A program made the position numbers and the translations under genes. Positions 31,001 to 43,000 of a DNA stretch of 64,000 bases are shown piece by piece. The notes beneath the pieces were generated by a model. The model saw only the letters and a list, made by a program, of their open reading frames with translations. It was not told where the DNA came from and did not search any database. The stretch lies in assembly GCF_964355755.1 (NCBI RefSeq), contig NC_092673.1:35833648-35897647 (forward strand). Direction: 5' to 3'. Origin of the DNA: Antedon mediterranea (lineage: Eukaryota; Animalia; Echinodermata). The number at the start of each line of letters is the position of its first letter. The first letter of the stretch is position 1.

Positions 31001-34000
31001 AGAGTGAAATATCATCAACATATAGAGTGAAATATCATCAACATATAGAGTGAAATATCATCAACATATAGAGTAGGATCTCTACACTTTGTTGGGTCCT
31101 GAAGGTGGCCCTTAAAAGAGGTTCTACTTTATATTGTTTGAAGGTTTGCATGGCAAAATAAAATGTTGATATACAGTTTTAGGTACACCACGTATATTAG
31201 CTCTGAAAAGTACTGTTTTAGTAAAATGTTACAAATTATTTACAAATACAGTTTAATCCTACTTTTGCCGGTGATTTTCTGTTATAGCCTTCTGAAATAA
31301 TATCATCATAGTATAAATGTCGCTCTTCGCTTAAGTTGAATGCTTGGCGTACAACCACGCATAAAGTCTGTACTTGTATAGATGTATCGGTGTCATCATC
31401 AATCTCGCTGTCATCAGAGAACGTTGTTTTGGTGTTGGATTCAGGGATTGGAATGAAATTGAAGGTGTGTTGAAAGCTGTTGGTTGTTAGTGAATTTGAG
31501 GCTGATGAAGGAGGGGAAACAGAGCCTAGAACTGGGAACTGGGCACAAAGAAGTGCACGTTTGTACACTGAGAATTCCTGCAAACAAATAATAATAATAA
31601 ATCAGGCTTGATAGAGTGCATTACGCTAATAGCCCCAATGTGCTTTACATTAAAACAAAAATATACAGAGAGAAATTAGTCAAAAGAAAACTTAAATAGA
31701 TGAGTTTTTAATAATTGTTTGAATGTAATGATGGTGGGTGCTTGTTGAATTGCAGGTGGTAAGTCATTCCTAAGAGCAACTAAGGCAAAGATGAATTAGA
31801 AACTTCCATAAAACTGTGTAGAAGGGCAGACAATAGTACATTATGTTTTAACAATTTATTGTATCAGAAAAATAATCAATTGTAAAATAAGAGATAGCAT
31901 TAGGTCATGTGGTAAAGATTCAGTGCCATTGAAATTGCAACGCATTAGTTTTAACAAGTTTTTAACAATGGCTTAGCCTCTCTTTTGAATGCAAATATTG
32001 GAGAGTACTGTCGGTAAAAGGGTAAACATATTTACTTAAGCGGTTTAAGCTTCATTGCTATGATTTCTGATAACATGTGCAAATGTAATCATGAGATAAA
32101 ATTTAAATAGTGGCTTGATTTGAGAGAAACACATTTGCCTACTTGAAATAAGATACAATGAGAGAATTTGCAATCTAACATTAACAATCTAATAATTGCT
32201 TGAAAAAAAAAGTGAATAATCTCTGAAACAGCTGTATATTTGGGCTATTATAACCCGATAACTGAATGCAGGGGCGGATCCAGGATTTGTTGAATGGGAA
32301 AGCCCTAACATATAATAGTGTGTCAAAAATGGATATCAAGAAGTGGCAGTCAAAAATAGAGCATGTATCCCTAAGTGCTTCTCACTGGATCCGCCTCTTA
32401 GTAGGCATGTTAAGGAGCATATTTTAGGCAAATCCTTCAAATTGTGATAACATTTTGAAACTTTGCACAGTTATTCATTAGGGTGTCAAAAATATGAAAT
32501 GGAAGGGTTGCACAAAATTTGGTCAGGGGAAAGCCGCCATTTTGGATTTCAAAATGGCTGACCTCAAATTTTCACTTGTCAGGTATATCTCTGCTAAAGA
32601 GGCACCTAGAGTTCTGATTTTACCTGCAAAATATATGGTAGTGGGGTCACCAAACATATTGGTATAATTAACATTTGATTGCATGGCGGCCATGTTGGAT
32701 TTCAAAATGGCGGACTTCAAATTTTCACTTTTCAGGTATATCTCTGCTAAAAAGGCACCTAGAATTCTGATTTTAGGTGCAAATTATAATTATGGTAATG
32801 GGGTCACCAAACATATTGGTATAACTAACATTTTAATTGCATGGCGGCCATGTTGGATTTCAAAATGGCGGACCCCAATAACTTTTCAGGTATATCTCTG
32901 CTAAAAAGGTACACAGTGCTCTGATTTTAGATGCAAATTATATGGTAATGGGTCACCAAACATATTGGTATAATTAACATTTGATTGCATGGCGGCCATG
33001 TTGGATTTCAAAATGGCGGACTTCAAATTTTCACTTTTCAGGTATATCTCTGCTAAAAAGGCACCTAGAATTCTGATTTTAGGTGCAAATTATAATTATG
33101 GTAATGGGGTCACCAAACATATTGGTATAACTAACATTTTAATTGCATGGCGGCCATGTTGGATTTCAAATTGGCGGACCCCAATAACTTTTCAGGTATA
33201 TCTCTGCTAAAAAGGTACACAGTGCTCTGATTTTAGGTGCAAATTATATGGTAATGGGTCACCAAATATATTGCTATTTAACTAACATTTTTATTGCATG
33301 GCGGCCATTTTGAATTTCAAAATGGCAAGCTCAAAATGTTTCAGTACGGTACCTACAGTTATAATTTTAGGTACAAAGTATAATATGGTATTGAGGTCAA
33401 CAAACATATTGGTATAACGTCTTTGATTGCATGTCGGCCATTTTGAATGTAGCTCAAACCTGGTAACCACACAGCTCTGTACATCATAAATCACTCTTTC
33501 TGCATTTACAGCGTCCAAGATCACAGTCGGTGTGTCACAGCGATTTGTGACATCTGAAAGTTCCGGTAATGAACTCCAAACTGGACTAAATTTGTTGCCG
33601 TCCTTCCTCCATCCCCAGTTTGCTGGGTCCTGTTCAACCCTGAATGCATCTAGACAGTTGTACCACTTTCTGGCTTGTAGAAAAGACCGTTTCACATGTT
33701 ATCTTAATGCCGCAGATGTTGGGGGGATATTTTCAATAGTCTGTAGTGAAAAGATATCGTCTTGCATCATTTACCTTCTTTCTACATAGTTACAACAAAC
33801 TGTTCTAGATAATCTGTGTCACTAACATCCCCTACAGACAATGACATCGTCTCAAATTCCTTTCCTTGAACAGATGAAGTTGTATCACAACTGCTAAAGG
33901 AATGAAAGAACAAGTAAGCGGCTGATGCTTGTGATCCAAGAGAAGTAATCTTGTGTATTGAGATATACTTCAAGTTCTTCCCCACTCCAAACTCGATCCA

Positions 34001-37000
34001 AAGCTCGTGGATGCCAGGTATTCTGTGGAAAGTTGACAATGAAATAACCACAACATCACTGTCTACAGTCTTGACAAGAATGCGCGGACAAATTTTAGCG
34101 GCATGTTTAACATGAACAAACATACGTTCATCTGCCTCTTCTATGTTACATGGCATCAGCGGTTTTATATTTACAGACTGGTTTGTTACAGCTCTGTCTC
34201 TCAGAGACCCTACAAACATTCCGTGATTTGTGTCAATGTTCTCTACTACTTCAGTTACAATTAATGAAACAACTCTGATTTGTTGTCATCATATCTCGAA
34301 TATGTGGTCTAATTGTTGGGCATGCTCCCACTGGCTTTGACGCCCCTCCTTACACCAGAGCCGCGGTTTGAACGCGTACTAGACTTTAAACCGTCGTTAA
34401 AGTATCTATCGAAAACCAAATCTGGTCACGTCACTGATCGAAGTTGATGGTCTATATGGTTGTACGACAAAATGAAGCACCATTAGTTGCTGCCAAGGTG
34501 TTAGATGGACCAGCAATAATCAATATGTTCAGGCCCAATGATTCGAAGACATTCATTGAGTATATATCAAGTGTCATACAACCATCAACTTCGATCAGTG
34601 ACACGACTAGATTTGTTTTTCGATAGATACTTTAACGACAGTTTAAAGTCTGGTACGCGTTCAAACCGCGTCTCTGGTGTAAGGAGGGTCGTTAAAGCCA
34701 GCGGGAGCTTGCCCAACAATTGGACCACATTTTTTAGATTTGATGACAACAAATCAGAGTTGTTTTCATTTATTGTAACTGAAGTAGTAGAGAACATTGG
34801 CACAAATCACGGAATGTTTGTAGGGTCTTTGGGAGACAGAGCTGTAACAAACCAGTAAATATACAATCGCTGATGCCATGTAACATAGAAGAGGCAGATG
34901 AACGTATGTTTGTTCACGTTAAACTTGCCGCTGAAATTTTCCACGCATTTTCAAGACTGTACACAATGATGTTGTTGTCAGCTTTCCACAGAATACCTGG
35001 CATCCACGAGCTTCGGATCGAGTTTGGAGTGGGGAAGCACTTGAAGTACATCCCAATACACGAGATTGCTTCTTCTCTTGGATCACAAGCATCAGCCGCT
35101 TACTTGTTCTTTCATACCATTAGTGGTTGTGATAGAACTTCATCTGTTTAAGGAAAAGGTAAAGCTACATTTAACGAGACTTTGAAAAAGATGCCATGTA
35201 TGACTCCAGTTTTTGAGAGGATGTCATTGTCTGTAGGGCATGTTAGTGAAACAGACACAGATTATCTAGAACAGTTTGTTGTAACTATGTCTACTGCAGA
35301 ACATTTAATGATGCAAGACGATATCTTTTTACAACAAGAGAAAGACTATTGAAAATATCCCCCAACATCTGCGGCATTAAGAGAACATGTGAAACGGAAG
35401 CCAGGAAGTGGTACGACTGTCTAGATGCATTCAGGGTTGAACAGGACCCAGCGAACTGGGGATAGAGGAAGGACGGCAACAAATTTAGTCCAGCTTGGAG
35501 TTCATTGCCGGAACTTTCAGATGTCACAAAGGTTTTAATTCGCTGTGGACACACCGACTGTGATCTTGGATGCTGTAAATGCAGAAAGAGTGATTTACGA
35601 TGCACAGAGCTGTGTGGTTGCCAGGGAAAATGTGACCTACAATAAGTGTCCGTGTTAAATGCATGTAATTATGAACATAAACAAATAGTGTAAAGCCAGT
35701 ACGGGTTGAGCTACATTCAAAATGGCCGCCATGCAATCAAAGACGTTATACCAATATGTTTGTTGACCTCAATACTATATTATACTTTGTACCTAAAATT
35801 ATAACTGTAGGTACCGTACTGAAACATTTTGAGTCCGCCATTTTGAAATCCAAAATGGCCGCCATGCACTCAAAATGTTAGTTATACCAATATGTTTGGT
35901 GACCCCATTAACATATAATTTGCACCTAAAATCAGAACTCTAGGTGCCTTTTTAGCAGAGATATGCCTGAAAAATGAAAATTTAAAATCTGCCATTTTGA
36001 AATCCAACATGGCCGCCATGGAATCAAAATGTTAGTTATACCAGTATGTTTGGTGACCCCACTACCATATAATTTGCACCTAAAATCAGAACTCTAGGTG
36101 CCTCTTTAGCAGAGATATACCTAAAAAGTGAAAAATTGAAGTCCGCCATTTTGAAATCTAAAATGGCCGCCATGCAATTAAAATGTTAGTTATACCAATA
36201 TCTTTGTTGACCCCATTACCATATAATTTGCACCTAAATTCAGAACTCTAGGTGCCTATTTAGCAGAGATATACCTGAAAAGTGAACAATTTGGGTCCGC
36301 CATTTTGAAATCCAAAATGGCGGCTTTCCCCTGACCAAATTTTGTGCAACCCTTCCATTTCATATTTTTGACACCCTAATGAATAACTGTGCAAAGTTTC
36401 AGAATGTTATCACAATTTGAAGGATTGGGTCACTTAACAGGCCTACTATCTGGTGTAAGTACATTTTTTTTAATTTTTATTTTATTTTAATTTTATTTTT
36501 ATTTATTATTTCCTAGAACATAAGGGCCTGACTATTTTTACTTTATAGATTCATACATATAAAATATATATGTATAATAGATTAGATAATAAAGTCATGA
36601 GGGATGATAAAACATTAATATGAGATAAACTAAAGTTCAAGTTCAACTCTAGATCAACACAGAGTTGTTCTTCACAGGGGTCATGAAACTTTTGAAGTAC
36701 ATTAAAAAAAATACAAGATACAGATTGCTTGAATATACTTGAAGGCTAATAATAATATAAAATACAAGATACAGATTGCTAAATATACTTGAAGGCTAAT
36801 AATAATATAAAATACAAGATACAGATTGCTAAATATACTTGAAGGCTAATAATAATATAAAATACAAGATACAGATTGCTAAATATACTTGAAGGCTAAT
36901 AATAATATAAAATACAAGATACAGATTGCTTGAATATACTTGAAGGCTAATAATAATATAAAATTATCAAATATCATTAAATGAATACCGTAGAACATTT

Positions 37001-40000
37001 TTGATCTGGTCAGCGGAAATGTTGTAATTACAGGAAATCTAATTAGTATACATCTAAGTTTAAACTGACAGAAATACATAAGGCTATCGATAATTGAAAA
37101 AAAACTTTTTATTGGAATACGGATATAGAAAAAGAAAATGTTTTATTTGGTGAAATATTTTATAATATCGATTTGGCATTTGGATATGTTAATAAATAGT
37201 TCTTTTGGGAAATCGCTCTCAATGTTTTGGTCATGTTTTTGTTTTTCTATAAAAAATTTAGTAATGTGATGTACATCTTTCGAGACAAGTAGTGGTGGGG
37301 GGGGGGGGGGGGGGGGGGAGTTGTACCCCGGCGTACTAGTATACACACAGCCAGTGCTGTCACACACAGACACTTACTGTATCATAACTCATCAAGAGGG
37401 TCCCTTGATTGTCAGCATATGCTGTTTAGGGTCACCCTCTAGGGTCACCCTCTAGGGTCACCCTCTAAGGTCACCCTCTAGGGTCACCCTCTAGGGTCAC
37501 CCTCTAGGGTCACCCTCTAAAAATAAGGTAAAATAAAAAATAAATAAAATATGTGAAAACATAAAACATGCTTTATAATTTTTTTCATCTGTTTAAGAAC
37601 TTAAACAACAATAGTACAGACCCTTTGATCCAAGACGTTTTTATGCTGTCTATCTGAGTCTATACCACTAATAGTGCCATCTTCAATTCCTGAATCTCTT
37701 CCATCTGTCTGTGGTACACGGATCTTACTGTAGGCATTGGCATTTTTCCCAGGGAGATTCATACAACAAACATTGGAACTGAAATTGTATAAAAACATAT
37801 TGCCTGTCTAAAGCTTTGTCTACACTTTCAAACTAGTTTGACAAAAAAAAAGGTGTGATGTTCCCAAAAAATGGTAGTGATATGACACTATCATGTCCAC
37901 ATATGGGCACATCATATTGTTTTGTCACATTTAGTTTGATAGTGTGTTTATAATGTGGTGATATGACATCATCATGTCCACATATGGGCACATCATATTG
38001 TTTTGTCACATTTAGTTTGATAGTGTGTTTATAATGGTAGTGATGACACTATCATGTCCACATATGGGCACATCATATTGTTTTGTCACATTTAGTTTGA
38101 TAGTGTGTTTATAATGGTAGTGATGACACTATCATGTCCACATATGGGCACATCATATTGTTTTGTCACATTTAGTTTGATAGTGTGTTTATAATGTGGT
38201 GATATGACATCATCATGTCCACATATGGGCACATCATATTGTTTTGTCACATTTAGTTTGATAGTGTGTTTATAATGTGGTGACTACTAACAGGTTGAGT
38301 ACCAGTTCAGGTCACTTTTCTGCAAGTAGTATTTTAATTTAGTTTTTGCTGTATAGCATTCTGTATAGTAAAGTTTTCTACATACAATATTCTGAATATG
38401 TATTTCCAAGTATATATTAATTTATTATTGCAAAATGTGATGAAACATATGGTCAATTAGGCATAATATGATTAATTGATGATTTTACATAATAAGTATT
38501 CCAAATGATATAATACTAAATAAAGATATAGTATAAAGCTCTGTCTACACTACCAAATTTTTTGTGACAAAAACATGTGATGTGACCAGTATATGGACAT
38601 GATGATGTCATATCACAACAATATTTGGGCATATCTCTACCATATTTGGGCAAATCACGCTTTTTTGGAAAGTCTAGACAAAGCTTAAGAACAGAAGGGA
38701 ATATGCCAGGAAGGGGAAGCTTGAGGTGCAATTGGGGTGGATTTAAAAGGAAGTTCAAGTTGTGAGAGGAACCAAAACCATTGTACTTACTCTAGGTTTT
38801 TGAAATAACTGTGAATGCTTTGAACGGAATTTCCATGCCTAATAAGAGAAAATTTAAATTACATTAAAAATTAATGGTTTGGTGCATCCATAATATAATA
38901 AGAAACAATAATTACAGATAATTATTTACAGTATGAACACTAAACATTTGAAATGAATTGCTTCATCTCCCTTTTATGCAAAACAATAAACCCATTAAAA
39001 TTTAAACACAAAAAAATAATAATAATTCATTCATTCATTCATTCATTCGGTCATAATCAACATACAATACATGATTACATAACAATGTTACAATACAAAA
39101 AGTTAAAAACTTGAGACTCACAATTAATAAGAAAGAAAAAATGTTATAAACAATCTAAAAAAAATGCAAATGTCTAAAATGATGGTTAAAAATGGTTTAA
39201 AAAAGGTTTAAAAATGGCATAAAAACAGCATTAAAACAGAATACCGTTCAGTACCATAGTTAAAAATTCATTAAAAATACAAATTATAAAAAAAACAAGA
39301 GAATATTAAAAAGCGTTCAATATCATGGCTAATATCCTTATATAATTTTACGCAAAAAAGCATGATACGGGCCAGGTGCGGGCAAAAAATTTCTATTGAT
39401 CATACATTCCAATAATTATCGATCTATAGTTTCCCTTATGTTTCATAATTTTGGGGATTTTATTTGTGTTACACAAGCTTGTTAAAAATAAGCACTTTCT
39501 TATCAGTGGGGGGATAGTTCAAATTACACAGTAAAATCTCTATTCTTTTATACACAAATTTTGTAAATAGAGAGGCATTTTAAAAAGCTATGAAAAATAA
39601 ACGGTGTGGTAAAAAAAGTTATCAGATGACTAAATATAGGTAATATAACTTGAATATTACATTTCTGATATTTTTATTCAATTTTCAACTTCAGATTTTT
39701 ATTTTCATGCTATAGCAAAAATTATCCACCGTATATCCACCACCTTTTTTCACCGTCTAGGGAGTCACCAGACATGTTATTAGATTAGGTTAACTACCTA
39801 ACTACTGAAAAAAAGTCTTCCTGGTTTTTATGGAAGAATTTGGCCAAATTTTGTATTTGACCATATTAAGGGAAATTCATGTTTTTTCGTCTTGATTTCT
39901 GTTACAAATATTTGATTTATGTACAATTAACCAAATATTATATTTAAAATTCATGCCTGTACCTGAGCTTTAAAATAATAAACAACTTTGCATGTAATAA

Positions 40001-43000
40001 AGTAATATAAATAAGCCCTGGTTTCCTATTTTCAAATAGGAATTTACATGATGACTTTAAAATAACACAATGGAATTTACCGTATGAACACATAAACATA
40101 ATACAGTCTACCACTTCCTTCCTTAACACTTTGACTGCCAGAGGTTTTTCCAGTTAGAAACTGCCACCGCCAGCGTTTTTAGTCCAATTCGATGTTTTTA
40201 TTAAAGCTGATTGAAACCATGTATGTGATCTGATTTATATATAATTTAGACTAAAATAATCATAAAGATTTTAGCTTTACAATGGTACCAAGAACGATTT
40301 TTAAATCGCAATATGTAAATCGTAATAGTAAAATGAAAGTAACCCACTTTTTGAATTTTTCGTAGTTTCGCGCAAGAAAGTCGAGATATTCGCGATTTTG
40401 TGCAAGACATCACAATATGAAAATATCGCCCGGTGAGATCAACAAACAACGAAAAAGTTACTTACACGGCACCGATAGGCCTATAAAAACAAGTTATCAC
40501 TATCGAAAAATGTATTACATTTTATAAATCATAAATCTTACATCAATGTTTCGCCAAAATCCACATAGTAAAGACACCAGGCCTAGTTAACCAGGCCTAA
40601 AGTTGGTCCGGAACCGTTTTACGACTAGGGCTAGGCTAGCCTAGTACTACTAGCCTAGGCCTAGCTAGGAGATAGTAAACTGATGATAATAACCATACCA
40701 TTTCAAAACAAGTTTGTTGCATGAAACTCGGTCACTTTCAGTAAAACACCAAAACAATTAGTGTATACATACAATAATAAAATTAAAGACTTCATATTGA
40801 AAATGACTCCATTATTTTTTATTCAGATAACAAACAAACATGTCAATCCACAAAAACCTTTGTAATGCTTCGGCGGCATAGCTAGCGCGCGACCGATACA
40901 CAATGCGCCAAGCCATCGCTCTACGCGCTACTGTGATGCGCGCGGTGTTTGTTATTTCGACAGGTACCATTTTGACAGTCGTTCGTAACCAGATTAGTTA
41001 CTTTCAAATTGTAAAATGTTGACGGTCCAGACCGAATATAGTGTTCATATTTATAGTATATACCAATAATTAACCTATCTACCGATTTCGTAAAAAAACG
41101 CGAAAAACGAAGATCTTCGTTTTTGGCAGTCAAGCGTTGTGTTTCCAAAAACGAAGATCTTCGTGTTTGGCAGTCAAAGTGTTAACAACTTTATACAGTA
41201 ATGTATAAACATTTTAATAGGGCAATATAATCGAAACGAAAAGAAGTCTTGTAATGTTATAAATAGGTGTATCATGGGTTTTATCACCTTGTCATGTTGG
41301 GTTTAAGCTTCTTGTCTTGTGACTTGGTTGGAGTCTAATGCCCTTTTCACCTGCATAAATTGTTACAACTTGGAAAAACTTGTAACCAGGTTTGATCTCC
41401 AGATTTATTACATGTTTTTATACACGAATATTCGAACCTTGACATGAACTCTGAGAAATCTCAGAAGAAAAACACAGGTGCGTGCTATTTGAAAATGTAG
41501 TTGAGCACTATTTGATTACTATGATTGGTCAGTTTAATACCAGGGCAATACACGTGCACACAGTAAGAACTCGGAACAAAAACAGGCATCTAATCAGTCT
41601 GTTTTTCTACAGAGAATTCACATATTTTCTACAAAATTGTATTCACACCATGTAAACCTGGTTAAGTTGTTACATTTTGCAGATGTGAAAATATGATTAA
41701 AATAATGCCCTCCTCCCAAAAAACATTTATCTTACTTGACCAAGGATGACTCTGGTGATGAATCGTCATCAATATCCAAGGAATCCATTCGTTTCCATGC
41801 CTCACTTTCTGCTTTAATCAAGCTAGGGAAGAGTGAGTCTGCAGACAGTAGAACTGAGCTACGGCCTCCATCGGTTGACGACGACCTCCATCTCGGTGAT
41901 GTTGCCATCATCGGAGGATTGTCACGGTATTCCCATCTGAAAACAAATATGACCGTATTTACAACTTTTGATTTAAAAATTCATATCTTTCATTCAAAAA
42001 GGATTTTTTCTTCCATAAAAATCGCTTGAAATTCACTCCAAAATCTCAAATAAAATTCACCTACGGTCAATATTCCAAAATTAAAGTCTAAAGTACATTT
42101 GATTGTTATCAAATTTTAGGTAGCCTAGGCCTACGTTCTACTACTCAAGGCCTCGGTTATTCATTGTTTCTTATCTGAACGTTATCAGCAGTCACATCTC
42201 ATCGTCGGTCGTATCGAGGCGCGTGACACCGGGGATCGAGAAAGAAAATACGCGGAGCAGACATCCATCCGCTGCTAGCTCTAAACACCTACCTCCTTCC
42301 TAGCCTAGCCTGCCCACCCAGCATAGGCTAAACAAAATCTGCACTTTTACACGTATATATACACTTTATGTTAAAGAAAAAAAAACATCAGAACTTACCA
42401 TTATTTATAGAATACGAGGAACTTAACATTTTCCCTGCAGACTCGTATTATATAACGAAATTACATTGCGACAACCAAGGTTGGCAGAGGGGTAAAGTCC
42501 CTGCTCAATATACAGTGGTGTACCACATTAATTATTTGTGTTGTTTACAAAGTGGGTTAAACCAATATTTTAGTCGACAACAGAGAATGTATTGTTTGTT
42601 CATAATCCTAATTTTAACCTCAACACCCGCATCAACATCAAAAGCATTTATTATTTTGCTAATAAATTAATTTATAGTTTTTAAATATGTCATATCACTA
42701 TAAAAATAAATTCAATAAGTGAGTAAAATGCTTTTAATTTGTATTATATAATCCCTATAAAAGAAATGAATTAGTCCAAACGATGACCGAACTTTAAATC
42801 CCAGATTATGGGGAAAACCTGATATTAAAGAACTATAGACCATTCAAGAACAGACACTAGTTTCTTACACAGATTAAAACTTTTGATTTTAACACTTTAA
42901 AAATCGTAAGGTTTTAAAAATGAGATTTTATTGTTACCGTGTTAGGTCTATGATTTTTGGGGGGTTTTTCGGTTTTTTTTTTTCATTTTGTTTGTCAAAT

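Noticed and set aside
29514-31131. Single Tc1-like element (AGAACCTCT..AGAGGTTCT) capturing host exon 30807-30887
   Set aside because: The right-hand end pairs with its own nearby left end (31070-31085), so these are two separate MITE remnants.
32523-33210. ORFs beginning MAAMLDFKMAD (also 2618-2836 MAAILDSKMAA)
   Set aside because: These are readings of the ATGGCGGCCAT/CAAAATGGCGG subterminal repeat motifs, not proteins.
36988-37067. Extra exon of the MUN-like gene (ISCNYNISADQIKNVL)
   Set aside because: The flanking exons already join in phase 0, and this candidate would shift the frame.
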